Assembly (NCBI RefSeq): GCF_006345805.1
Contig: NC_043012.1
Span: forward strand, 27,032,001-27,096,000
Length of the DNA: 64,000 nt
Direction: 5' to 3'
From: Octopus sinensis
Taxonomy: Eukaryota
Shown: in pieces, positions 1 to 13,900 of the stretch
Position numbering within the stretch: position 1 is the stretch's first letter
How the letters are laid out: each line of letters begins with the position of its first letter
Notes under the pieces: model-generated
Databases searched by the model: none
Seen by the model: the letters and a program-made list of their open reading frames with translations, nothing else
Told to the model about the DNA's origin: nothing
Made by a program: the position numbers and the translations under genes

Positions 1-107
1 TGTGTGTGTTTGTGTGTGTGTGTGCGTGTGTGTGTGTGTGCGTGTGTGTGTGTGTGCGTGTGTGTGTGTGTGTGTGTGTTGTATGTGTCTGTGTTTGTGT
101 GTGTGTG

Positions 108-170
<63 letters not shown>
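1..170. repeat. (GT)n microsatellite
   Basis: Direct reading; the ORFs here are poly-VC artefacts. Confidence 0.98.
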
Positions 171-174
<4 letters not shown>

Positions 175-518
175 CGCGTCTGTACGTTCTTGTTCCTGTC
201 GAAATCGAGTTTTCTCTATTGCAAAACGGCAACAATAACTGCAAAAACAAACGTAAATTCACTAATGGTTTTCCGTATGCATGTTTATATATAGATACGT
301 GTGTGCATGCGTATGTGTGTGTGTGTGTATCTATCCGTATATGTAAAAGGAATGTTCATTTATATATTTTGTATGTATATATATATAATTTTATTTTACA
401 TTTTTTAATTTTTATATTTTACATTTCCATGGAAATTGAAAGAAAAGATTTCTATTATATGACCAAAAATAAAAGCATCATTTATACACATATATATTCA
501 TACAATATATATTATATA

Positions 519-549
<31 letters not shown>

Positions 550-625
550 ACAGACAACCCACACTGCAACACATTATTTTGGGCTTATATACGTGTGTAT
601 ATTGTGTGTATTTATGATTATGAGA

Positions 626-689
626 TATAGATAGATAGATAGACATAGATAGATAGATAGATGATAGATAGATAAATAGATAGATAGAC

Positions 690-749
<60 letters not shown>

Positions 750-779
750 GATAGATAGATAGGTAGATTGATAGATAGC

Positions 780-843
<64 letters not shown>

Positions 844-886
844 AGATAGATAGGAGATAGATAGATGATAGATAGATAGATAGATC

Positions 887-917
<31 letters not shown>

Positions 918-918
918 G
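626..918. repeat. (GATA)n microsatellite
   Basis: About 290 bp of imperfect GATA repeats. Confidence 0.98.
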
Positions 919-1181
919 ATACCTAGACGATTAGATTAATCGATACTAGATATGGTGTAATATTAGAAACCCTACTCGTTTTCGGCGCTTGCATTTTTTC
1001 TTTTCCATTCAGTTATTTTTGTTCCGTTTCCCTCCGATCACTCGCTTTCCTTATTCGTACTCACATAACGTTATTGTTTCTCTTCTTCTCTTGCTCTCTC
1101 CCACTCTCTTTTCTCCCTTTATACACTCAGACAGACACATGCATATACATATATACATACATATATACATACACACACACA

Positions 1182-1238
<57 letters not shown>

Positions 1239-1304
1239 TATATATATACGTTTAAATATTGTTGTGCAAGATTTTTTATGTGAAGTCGTGTGTTGAAACA
1301 GATA

Positions 1305-1678
1305 TTGTTATATTTCGGAATGGTCATTTTGCCAGTTTAGCCAATAAAAACACACGCACTATATATTTGGTGTTACTTTGCTTCAGTGTTATTTATTTTT
1401 TACATTAATCTTAATCTTATTTCGGCCAGAGTTCTTTCATCACACTCCTGTGACCGCATACAAAATGGCTGACGGTTAGTAAGGAGAGACACAAATAAGT
1501 GAGAAGAAAACAAAGGACCACTGATGCGGTCACAGGAGTGTGGCGAAAGAACTCTGGCTGAAATAAGATTAAGATTAATGTAAAAAATAAATAACACTGA
1601 AGCAAAGTAACACCAAATATATAGTGCGTGTGTTTTTATTGGCTAAACTGGCAAAATGACCATTCCGAAATATAACAA
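1305..1678. repeat. Foldback / long inverted repeat (155-bp arms, 64-bp spacer)
   Basis: 1305-1459 is the reverse complement of 1524-1678 with 3 mismatches that I could see. Confidence 0.92.
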
Positions 1679-1699
1679 ATATATATATATATATATATA

Positions 1700-2953
1700 C
1701 AGGGGTTAAACAAAATAATGCGAACACCTTGAAATTTCAAACAAATTTATTTTGATATGGGGTAGGACCATATTAACTTGAATTCTACGAGGTGTGGATT
1801 CGTACAAAGTTTGAATCGTTTCCAAAGGAATTTGTGTCCATTCTTCAGCTAAAACAGTCCCTAATTCTTGCAGTGATGATGGTGGAAGATATCGACTCCT
1901 TACTTGTTTCTCTAAAATGCACCATAAATGTTCAATAATATTGAGATCTGGAGACTGTGGTGGCCAGATAAGATGTTCAACTTTACTAGAATGTTACTCG
2001 TGCCATTCAGTAACAACTTTAGCTGTGTGAATTGAAAGATTGCATTTCCCTTCGGAAACAGTTCCGCAGCCATAGGATGAATTTGATCAGATAAAATGCT
2101 TAAATAGTCTTGGCTATTAATTCTGCCATGAAGGGAAACTATTAGGCCGGCGGATTTCCAAAATATACCCCCCCCCCCATCCGATCATCACAGATCCTCC
2201 TCCACGTTTAACAGTTGGAAGAAGGCAGCCTGGGTCAAATGCTTCGGTTGGCTGTCTCCACACGTATACTCGGCCGATGGTCGGAAGTAAGGTAAAGGAT
2301 GACTAGTCCGAGTAAATAACATTCTTCCACTGCTCTAGGGATCAATTACATTGGTTTTTACTCCACTCCAAACGCTTAGCAACGTTTGTTTTTAAAAGTA
2401 GTGATTTTCTTATTAAAGTCCTCCCGTGAAACCCAGCTTCGTGCTGCTCCGGGAACAGTTTTTGTGGAACCGGGTTCTTGAGGTGGTCGTTAAGCTTTGC
2501 AGTAATTTTGGGAGGTGTACTTTTTTGATCCTTTCTAACAATTCGTGTAAGAATCCGACTGTCCCTTTCTAAAAGTTTTAGTTTTCTTCCGGAGTTTGTT
2601 TCGACAAAGAAGTTTTTCCCTCTTTCTCAAAGGCTGTTATTACTTTCGAAACAGTACTTCTTGATGCACTAAATATTTCGATTGTTTTCGTTACTCTAGT
2701 GCCTCCCATACGAACACCAACAATTTGGCCTCTTTGAAAGTCCGATAGATCTGTCATTGTAATGAATTTTAATTACTTTTTTCTTTTTTTATGATATCTG
2801 AAAAGAAACAGCAATTTTAGCAAAACATATTAAGCAACACAAATAATAAATTTAAAAAAACATAAAAATAAACAAGCTTTTGGCGATTTTTGGGATATTT
2901 CAAAATTATGATGCTATGATGCTAGGTGTTTCCATTATTTTGTCCAACCCTTG
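1700..2953 (-). mobile_element. Full-length, inactivated Tc1/mariner DNA transposon
   Basis: About 30-bp TIRs (caggggttaaacaaaataatgcgaacacct ... aggtgtttccattattttgtccaacccttg) with TA on both flanks. Minus-strand transposase remnants: MTDLSDFQRGQIVGVRMGG (ATG at 2757), WKNVIYSD*SS, WPPQSPDLNIIEHLW, GPTPY. Confidence 0.95.
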
Positions 2954-3504
2954 TATGTATATATATATATGTATATATATATATAGATATAGATAGATAG
3001 ATACATACATACATACATACATACATACATAAATGCATGTATGTATGTATATATGCATGTATGTATGTATGTATGTATGTATGTATGTATGTATGTATGT
3101 ATGTATGTATGGTGCCTTTTGTAAACATTTTGCTATAACAATAACAAACACTTAAATGGAGGAAAACGGTTTTCTAATCTTAGTTACCATTTTCACAAAT
3201 GCGGAGAATATAGAATACGGAAGCATAACATTTCCTTTCAGTTTGTTAGTTAATCCACTCAGATTAGATATTTAAGTTTATCAATTTCAAGATTTAATAA
3301 ATTGTTTCCAAGTATAAATGTATGTGTGCGTTTTCATAATGCATATTGATGCAATGTATTTCCATTAATTAGTATTTTTCTAGTTTACTAAAAGGGATTT
3401 CTGAAAATGTATTCATTCATTGTAAAACAGAGATCTGAAGAGCAGACGTTTAAATAGACTTCTTGTTTTTAAAAATTTCCTACTATAAAATAATTTTTCG
3501 AAAT

Positions 3505-3664
3505 CAGGAGTGGTTGTGTGGTAAGTAGCTTGTTTACCAACCACATGGTCCTGGGTTCAGTCCCACTGCGTGACACCTTGGGCAAGTGTCTTCTACTATA
3601 GCCTCGGGCCGACCAAAGCCTTGTGAGTGGATTTGGTAGACGGAAACTGAAAGTCCGTCCGTAT

Positions 3665-3708
<44 letters not shown>

Positions 3709-3933
3709 TGTGTGTGTTTGTGTGTCTGTGTTTGTCCCCCTAGCATTGCTTGACAACCGATGCTGGTGTGTTTATGTCTCCGTTACTTAGCGGTTCGGCA
3801 AAAGAGACCGATAGAATAAGTACTGGACTTACAAAAGAATAAGTCCCGGAGTCGAGTTGCTTGATTAAAGGCGGTGCTCCAGCATGGCCGCAGTCAGATG
3901 ACTGAAACAAGTAAAAGAGTAAAAGAGTAAAAG
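3505..3933 (+). mobile_element. tRNA-derived SINE family A, full copy
   Basis: Head ggagtggttgtgtggtaag...gggttcagtccc, internal (TA)n/(TG)n, 3' body and (gtaaaaga)n tail; near-identical copies recur through the window. Confidence 0.9.
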
Positions 3934-5237
3934 AAAGCTACTGATTTCAGTTCATTTCAGTTATGTGTGGCGTGCATCATTCAATTTTTTTTTCTAATGG
4001 ATGCTGAATTCATTCCACATTTTTTTCTATACTTAAAGATAACTACATAGTTTAGTCGTAATTTTCTCTTGCTTTTATCTCCGAGTGGAGAAGCATAATC
4101 GAAATAGCAATATCTGAGTTTACATTCTCTCATTCCGACATAGCGCTAACTATCCAAGTTTTGTTTCGTGGTGATGACTTCACCCTCGTAAATAATTGCT
4201 TCGGCATTGCAGAACTGATTGAGAAGATATGAATCTCTTTTGATGCTTGATGTACGCACTTAATTTAATTTTAAATTGTTGTATTCTTTAAATAATTCCC
4301 AGTAACAGTGATTGATCGAGAAATGTTTAAGTAGGCTGGTTAGAAAAAGTATGATTTTGTTAGATTTGATGTTTAATGAGAAAAAAATTTGAATCGTTAT
4401 TTGAAGGATATTTTCTATTTTTTGGTTGTTATTGAATGGCAGAGGATTAAGGGTGCAATCGATCTTTTCTTATGCCCATTTATTATTAGGATAAGGTCCA
4501 ATGGAATATTCTTTGCTGCTAATGTTTCAGATTCTCCAATGAATAATTCTTAATTTAATTTTTGTTGAAGTATATGAGCTTTTCGTTAGGTTTCGTGTGT
4601 CTGAGCGTGTGTGTGTGTTTGTGTGTGTGTACTATATTACTCATATATGTGTTATATTTACCTGCGCTTAATTTGGGTGTAATATCTGAGACGTTAACTG
4701 TGCTCGTGTTTATTGATATCTTAAGGTTGAAATTTTTTAAGGTGCCAGTTAAGTCTTTTTATAAATTTGACTACAATGTGACCATTGACATTCTGTGATA
4801 GACTAACTTATAATCTCTATATAAATCTCCATAGCCGTGAAGTTATTCTTCAGTGTATCTGGAATAAAAATCAAAAGCCAAGATCATATTCCTCTGCGAT
4901 GTCGAAAAATCTCATACGGACACCGTACGAACAGGTAACAAATCTGTTTCTTTCGTCCGGGTAGATATTTTATCAAAGAGAAACATTCAAATATAATAAC
5001 ATCGATGTCATTGTCATTAATGGTGTAGTGCAAATAGAATAATTCTAGAAAAGTCGAATTGTTGAATTTGTACTTGCAATATTTCCTGATATTTTAAAAA
5101 CTAGCTGATTAATATAAACTTTGCTATTAACAATCAACAGGTAGAGGAATCGCCATGTGATTTTGAAAAAGCAAATTATGATTATGCATACAAATATAAT
5201 ACTGGTGGGGCGTAACTTGTGGTATATAGGGCGTACC

Positions 5238-5399
5238 TTTTCGTTTCTGTGAGATTAATTAGCGCCATACCAATTCGTATAATGAAAACACATGCACACA
5301 ACTATATGTATAGGCAAAAACGATACAATAAATCTGTAAAATTGACTAAATTTTAAACTGACACTGTTAATTAATTGAGTGATCTCACAGAAACGAAAA
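5238..5399. mobile_element. Small TIR element (MITE-like)
   Basis: Perfect 18-bp inverted repeat ttttcgtttctgtgagat (5238-5255) / atctcacagaaacgaaaa (5382-5399). Confidence 0.55.
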
Positions 5400-5986
5400 T
5401 GTTATGCTATGTATACTAAATTCTACATTGATGAGCAGCCATGAGACGACAGTACAAAAATGTTCTCTACGGTGATACTTAAATCAATTTGATGAGGATT
5501 GCTAGAAGCAAAGTTTTTCGTACAGTCAAGAAAATTTAAGTAGCGGAATGCTAATTTTACGCAAATAACATTAAAAAATGGTTGAGATGAATAAATTCTA
5601 TAACCCTGAGTCAGTGATGCTCAGTGGTGAGAACTAAGATTTCGAAATCACAGATGATCCGGGTATGTCTGGCTTTCAATTTTCGATTTTTTTTTTCGTT
5701 ATTAGGATGGGGTTCTTAGGGTCTATATTTATTTGCCTGATTTCACCTTTGTGTTTAGTGATAGTCAGTTTGACTGCTATGTCAGCGTGCTGGTACTGCT
5801 TGCTAGCACCCTTAATAATTAATTAAATATATATATTTTTATTTAATGTTGGAAAAAATATTTTTTCGAAAAAAATTTTTATCAATGGCCAAATATTAAA
5901 AAATACCTTTATGGTTATGGACAATGTGTCTAATTTCGGCATATTTGGCATTAGAAATTTTTTCGTTTGCCCTTATTTATAAGTTG

Positions 5987-6030
<44 letters not shown>

Positions 6031-6335
6031 GTAAGTATATGCATGCATATCTATACATACATATGCACAAATATGTATATAAATATATACACGTATATAT
6101 ATATATTATATATATGTACACGTATACATATATACACAAACATATGCACAAATATATGTATGTGTGTGCGCGTGCATGCGTGCATGTGTGGGTGTGAGTG
6201 TTTCTCTTAGGCACAGCAATACTAATAACCTGGTGTAGCTTTCAATATTTGTATGCTCCTGGACGAAGCGTTAGTCGAGTACAAGCAGTAGAAAAGAAAT
6301 GGCAGAGAGGGGTAAACGATTACCTTATAACTTCG

Positions 6336-6415
<80 letters not shown>

Positions 6416-7154
6416 TATATATATATATATGGCATATACATAATTCGTAATCTTATGGATTCTGTGCATACTGCATTCAATGATGCATTGTAATTATGTT
6501 ACTATAAAGACTCTTAGCGAAATAATTATAGTAATACCAGATAATCCACTCGTGCGAGTCCTGAGTTGCCTCTCTTAAATATTTCCTATTGATAACGGCT
6601 AAAGAGCTAGAAACATCGATGCCTGAGAATCCAGACACCGAGCGACACTGGACAGATATGGTATTTTTACACCTTTTTACCATAAGAGAAAAATTTTCTA
6701 CGTTAACTGCAGTGAATTTGCATTTTAGCCGTTGAAATATGTCACACATATTTTAATTTAGCCAAACTTTGCTTTTATATATATATAGGTGTAAAAAGGT
6801 TGAATTTAGATTCGTCTTTTAATTTGGATTTTCAAAAAAAAGATTTCTAATATTAATTCTTCATATTTTGCTGGTAGTTTACAGGCGTAAATTTGCGAAT
6901 ATAAATTCACATGTGTTGTGAATTTATGGAAAGAAATCCCATGTTAAAATATGTAAGAGAATTTTAAATCATGCAGACGATCGTTTCGTACAGAAATATA
7001 AAAATCATGCAAATTCATAGTTGAATTGAATTAAATTAAATTAATTAACTGTAAACAATTTTTTTACAAATAGCTTGAGAAAGGAAATAGCAGAATAGAA
7101 TCTAGGTGATTCATATTTATCCTTACGAGAAAAAAAATATTTGAGTCCAGTATT

Positions 7155-7388
7155 TATTTATTTATTACCCACAAGGGGCTAAACATAGAGTGGACAAACA
7201 AGGACAGACATAGGTATTAAGTCGATAACATCGACCCCAGTGCGTAATTGGTACTTATTTAATCGACCCATTAAAGGATGAAAGGCAAAGTTGACCTCGG
7301 CGGAATTTGAACTCAGAACGCAACGACAGACGAAATACGGCTACGTATTTCGCCCGGCGTGCTAACGATTCTGCCAGCTCGCCACCTT
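7155..7388 (-). mobile_element. tRNA-derived SINE family B with 17-bp target-site duplication
   Basis: Reverse complement of the family-B head aaggyggcgagctggcagaatcgttagc...gagttcaaattccgccgagg; flanking direct repeat tatttgagtccagtatt at 7138-7154 and 7389-7405. Confidence 0.9.
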
Positions 7389-7686
7389 TATTTGAGTCCA
7401 GTATTAACTATAACTAAAGGCTATAACGGTTACTTGAAAATATACATAAAAGAGGTTTGAGAGACGTTCCCTCTAAAGATGAGTAAGGAGATTAGGAAAA
7501 TATATAATCTATAGATATAATATATATATATATATACATATATAATATATATTTATTATTTATTTATTTATGTATACACTTCTACAGTTCTAGTGATGGA
7601 TTGGATCTGTAGTTTTCGAATCAGCTTTCTCTTTCTGGTTTTGAGAAGCTTAATTTCTCAAGATTGGTATTTAGGTAGTGTGTTAC

Positions 7687-7717
<31 letters not shown>

Positions 7718-8427
7718 TGTATGTATGTATGTATGTATGTATGTATGTATGTACGTATGTATGTCGTTATTAATTTTGTTTCCAGATCTTGTGACAATAA
7801 AGAACCTGTTTCTAACTTAGACCCCAGGTTCCTTCATTGGAATTTCAACAACATCAACAGGGTATGTATGTATGTATGTATGTATGTGCGTACGTATTTA
7901 TGTATGCATGTATGCATGCATGTATGTATGTACGTGGATGGATGGATGGATGGATGGATGGATGGATGGATGGATGGATGGATGGATGGATGCAGAATTT
8001 GGCATTGAACATTGTGTAGATCTTTTCCTTGAGCTTGAGATCATGGCGCTCCCACGTTCCTAAGCTTGCAATCTATATTTGCACTGGATTTCTTGCCCTG
8101 GTTTGTGTCTGGATCATGTGGGTAGAGTGGAAAGGGCCTGTGAATTCTTGTGCAAGCAGTATTGAACCTAAAATTTTCGATTGTGCAATTTCCGGCGAGG
8201 CAGCTTTCCGATGCCCAATCGAGTATGAGGGCGCCGTAGCGAGCATAGAATCTGTAGCGATCATGAAACCTGCGTGCGAGAACTCGAGTAAAGCAAACAA
8301 ACCCTGGATGCAGTAATCTCAAGCACGGGTAATGCTGGCGTTTTGCAGGAGCAATGGTCAGTGAGAATCTTCCTCGGTCACTATCATGTATGTATGTATG
8401 TGTATATATATGTATGTATGTATGTAT

Positions 8428-8845
8428 TACTCTTTTACTCTTTTACTTGTTTCAGTCATTTGACTGCGGCCATGCTGGAGCACCGCCTTTAGTCGAGCAA
8501 CTCGACCCCGGGACTTATTCTTTGTAAGCCCAGTACTTATTCTATCGGTCTCTTTGGCCGAACCGCTAAGTGACGGGGACATAAACACACCAGCATCGGT
8601 TGTCAAGCAATGCTAGGGGGACAAACACAGACACACAAACACATACACACACATACACATATATATATATATACATATATACGACAGGCTTCATTCAGTT
8701 TCCGTCTACCAAATCCACTCACAAGGCATTGGTCGGCCCGGAGCTATAGGAGAAGACACTTTCCCAAGGTGCCACGCAGTGGGACTGAACCCGGAACCAT
8801 GTGGTTGGTTAGCAAGCTACTTACCACACAGCCACTCCTGCGCCT
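8428..8845 (-). mobile_element. SINE family A, full copy
   Basis: Reverse complement of the 3505-3933 element. Confidence 0.9.
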
Positions 8846-8896
8846 GTATGTATGTATATATTTATGCATATTTGTTTATATGTGAGTATGTGTGTG

Positions 8897-9216
8897 TGAA
8901 GGCGCATGGCTTAGTGGTTAGGGCATTCGGCTCACGATCGTAAGGTCGTGAGTTCAATTCCCGGCGAGGCATTTGTCCTTGAGCAAGATACTTTATTTAA
9001 TGTTGGTCCAGTCCACTCAGCTGGCAAAAATGAGTAGTACCTGTATTTCAAAGGGCCTGCCTTGTCACACTCTGTGTCACGCTGAATCTTCCTGAGAACT
9101 ACGTTAAGCGTGCACGTGTCTGTGGAGTGCTCATCCACTTGCTCGTTAATTTCACGGGCAAGCTTTTCCGTTGATCTTATCAGCTGGGACCCTTATCGTT
9201 GTAACAGATGGAGTGC
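8897..9216 (+). mobile_element. tRNA-derived SINE family C
   Basis: A-box-like tggcttagtgg and B-box gagttcaattcc; body matches the reverse complement of 29535-29853. Confidence 0.88.
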
Positions 9217-10068
9217 AAAATTTTATGTGTGTGTATGTGTATTTTTCTGTGCGTGTGTGTGTGTGTATGTGTGCGTGTGTGTGTGTATGTCTGGACAAAA
9301 GAAATACAAAAGTTTGTATAAAGATTTGGAAGCTGGAATTATACATGCGCATATGTGCGAGTACTCTCTTCAAAATATATTTATATAATTTAAATAGATA
9401 CGTTTGAACTTATATAATGGCTTATATAATGCATACACGCACACATACACACACCCACGTACACACAAGCACACACACAAACACACAAACGAACACTCAA
9501 ATACGCTAATACAATCAGGCGCACAGACAAATGCAACAGACACGCAAACACACAAAAACTCACGCATATTAAACATTAAGTTTCATCTCGCTTCAACACA
9601 AACAGTGAAAGAGCATACATTTTAAAAGTTGAGCAGCACAGACAGAGAAATTCGTTCAAAAGATCACCGTTCAAACGATCGCAGCTGTAATGTATGGTGT
9701 ACAAGAGCTGTCAAAATAGACAGGGTGTGTCTAATAGTGCAACATCAAACCAAACCTAATAGCCGTTTGGTCAAGCAGAAAAACCGTGTCATTCCCAAAA
9801 CCGCCAGACGCGAAAAATGTCTCTGAAAATGAAATTGAAATGAAAATGAAAATTTTGAAAGCTATAAAAGTTAAAATATAAAACTACAAAAATAAAATGC
9901 GAATATAAATGTGGTGACCTCTCCTTGCGAGGGTGATATACACAAAAACACACACACATACACACACTCACACACATATATGTATATACATACACACATA
10001 TATACATATATATGTGTGTATGTATGTATGTGTGTGTCTATATGTATATGCATAAATATGTGTATATG

Positions 10069-10120
<52 letters not shown>

Positions 10121-10835
10121 ATAATATATACTTATATATGAATATATACGCATATATATAATATATATATTCCATTATATATGCATGTGTATACACACAT
10201 ATCTATAAAGATATACGTACATACTTGCATATATATATATACGTGTGTGTATGTATGTATATGCATAAATATATACAAACACATACGTGTCCGTATCTAC
10301 CAATATATATTTATCTATATATATATATATATTATATACACTCACACACACGCTACATTGCACCGATATTTTATGATTAGCAATGCAAATAATTCATATA
10401 TTTGAAGTTGGTTTCCGTTCACTCAATACCTGAAGATGTCAAAACCCTTTAGTGTATGCGCGTATGTGCGTTAAAGCCTGCGCATGCGTATGCGTGTGTG
10501 CTTGTCTGAGTGTAACTGAACTGATTTGAATAATGCATATGTAACATATTTTCAAGTATATACGTATGAATAGGCTGAAACTGGTAGTGACACTCTAATG
10601 TGCGACATATTGTACAATTTAATACTTTTGCTAAAATACATAGGTGTATGCCAGTCCGTGTGTGTATATGTCATGTTGCTATATATGTATATTTACACAA
10701 CATTGAATATGAGCGTAATTCTCTTGTTGTATATACGATATTAATACTGAGGTCTTATGAATCTGTCACATCTACGTGAATGTAAGCGTGTATATACGCA
10801 CACACACATATTTATATGTATATATGCATAATATA

Positions 10836-10875
<40 letters not shown>

Positions 10876-10997
10876 GCACATGTATATATCATACGTGTGT
10901 GTATGCATATATATATATGTATATGCATTTATGTATGTATATGCATATATGTATTATTATGTATGTCAATGTGTATATATTTACATATAATTGCATA

Positions 10998-11028
<31 letters not shown>

Positions 11029-11207
11029 TTCTTATATACATACATGTATGTATCTATGTATATATATATATATATATATAGATGTATGTATTTATATACA
11101 TATATACAGATAGATGTGAATATATATACATACATATATAAACATGTATATACACATAAGCGTGTGTTCGTTTATGTTTGTGATCGTGTGTGTGTGTGTG
11201 TGCGTGC

Positions 11208-11238
<31 letters not shown>

Positions 11239-11452
11239 GTTTGGTGCCAATTTCGGAGACGGTTTTTTTTTTTTATAACGGCAATAAAAGGAAAGATAAA
11301 AGACGAGAATTTTGTGATATAATCTTTTGAAATTTTGATCTGTTAACACTGTTTTCCATAGAACTATAACTACTTCAATTGTCGTATTGTTCCTTTGACT
11401 TTACACACACACACACGCACACATATATAGGTCTGTATGTATGCATATATAT

Positions 11453-11500
<48 letters not shown>

Positions 11501-11579
11501 ATATATATATAGACATATACGTACATACAGATACCTATGTATAATAGATATCTATATACATGCGTGTGTGTGTGTGTTG

Positions 11580-11687
<108 letters not shown>

Positions 11688-11764
11688 ATATTAGGGAATA
11701 AATCCAAATTTACAGGGAAAAAATCAGATTAGGATTAAATCCAATTTATAGTAAAATATATTAT

Positions 11765-11909
11765 TAATATTATTAGAGACAAAACCACTTTTGCAAAACA
11801 AACAAGGAAAGACTTAATCAATACATAAAATTTTAATAAAATTTTATGTATTGATTAAGTCTTTCCTTGTTTGTTTTGCAAAATAGTGGTTTTGTCTCTA
11901 ATAATATTA
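11765..11909. repeat. Near-perfect palindrome (~70-bp arms, 1-nt loop)
   Basis: Arms are reverse complements apart from a 2-nt insertion; centre at 11836. Confidence 0.92.
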
Positions 11910-12133
11910 TATATATATATATATATATATACGTAAATATGCCTATATATATAATACACATACATATATTATATATGCATATAAGTACGTATATATAAAT
12001 ATATATATATTTATTCATTTATTTGTGTATATTTATATGTATATGCACACACATAAATTAACATATATGTATGCATTTAAGTAGCTGCATAAGAGTGTAT
12101 AAGACTCATATCTATGTAAATATATATCGTTAC

Positions 12134-12181
<48 letters not shown>

Positions 12182-12687
12182 TATGTGTGTATGTGTATGT
12201 GTATTTATATGAGAGAGAGAGTGTGTGTGTACATGTGTGTGGGTGGGTGGGTGGGTGTGAGTGTGTGGTGGTGATGGTGTCGAAGAGATCTAGCTACCTA
12301 GAAAAATAGATAGATACATACATACATACATACATATGTACATACATACATACATAAATACATACATGCATACATACATACATACATACATGCGTGCATA
12401 CATACATATATACATACATACATACATACATACATACATACATACATACATACATACATACATACATACATGCATGCATACATACAACATAATTATACCA
12501 AAGTAATCTGGAACCAAACAGGAAAATGAGGGAAGATATGCTTCTATATATATTTGTCACTATATAATGAATCGGAAATATATTTAAGGCGATACGCGGA
12601 ATCTATAGAAACACACATGCAAGTAGATATATCGATAAATCAATATCTCATACAATGTTCACATGCACACATATTCGCACATACAAT

Positions 12688-12722
<35 letters not shown>

Positions 12723-12752
12723 TGATGCATACACATTTACATACATACATAC

Positions 12753-12785
<33 letters not shown>

Positions 12786-12795
12786 CATACATACA

Positions 12796-12826
<31 letters not shown>

Positions 12827-13373
12827 GTGTCTGTATAGAGGAGACTTAGAGAAAGAGACGGAGAGTTCAAACGTGTTCAGTATATTTGTTGTTTGCGATA
12901 TACATACCTAAGTAGAGGAACAAATTGATTAAGATTCCATAGGAGATATCATACCCCCATAACCCACAGGTAGAGAAGAATAATTAGCTGTTATGTAGAT
13001 AGATGTATGTGTGTAGGGATGTGGCGTATGTATATATACATCTATACAGTTGAAACATTCCTTTCACAGCCTGGGACCTTGAAGACTGCTTAAATGCAAG
13101 AAAGTATACTAGTCCCTTAATATTTGATATTCAATATTTCATTTATTCAATAAGACAATCAATACTTCATTTCATCTTACTATATATATCTTATTTATAC
13201 TATATATTCTATATTCTACATTAATATTATAAAGAATATAAATAAAACATAAAAAACAGAGTTGGAATTCCTTTGAATAACATATATCCCTCGATACACA
13301 ATCATACAAACCCCTTTATATATATATGTATATATATATATATGTATGTATACATATATATATAATATATATG

Positions 13374-13405
<32 letters not shown>

Positions 13406-13744
13406 TGTATGTATATATGAATGTATGTATGTATATATGTAGAGAGATAGATGTATGTGTGAATGGGTGTGTGTATGATTATATAAATATGTATATGTAT
13501 GTATGTATGTATATATGAATGTATGTATGTATGTATGTAGATAGATAGATGTATGTGTGAATGGGTGGGTGTATGAATATATATATATATGTATATGCAC
13601 ATGTATGTAATCATATGGATTTGAAAGTAAACAGATCAACATACAGACGGATAGTTACATAGGTTATATGAACAAACAAGCACATACACGCATGCATGTA
13701 TAGGCACACACACACACGCACACACACACACACACGCACACACG

Positions 13745-13781
<37 letters not shown>

Positions 13782-13900
13782 ACACACTGATCCACGCACA
13801 TGCGCACAAACAAACAAAAAGGAAAGCAGTGTGAGTAGCGGACAGAGTCAGCGACTATTGAAAGGCTTGCAAGACGCAAGGAAAATTTTAGAAAAATAAA

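Noticed and set aside
2-617. Long ORFs such as MCVCVCV..., YIYIYI..., HTHTHT... here and throughout
   Set aside because: Translations of dinucleotide/tetranucleotide microsatellites; no coding signal.
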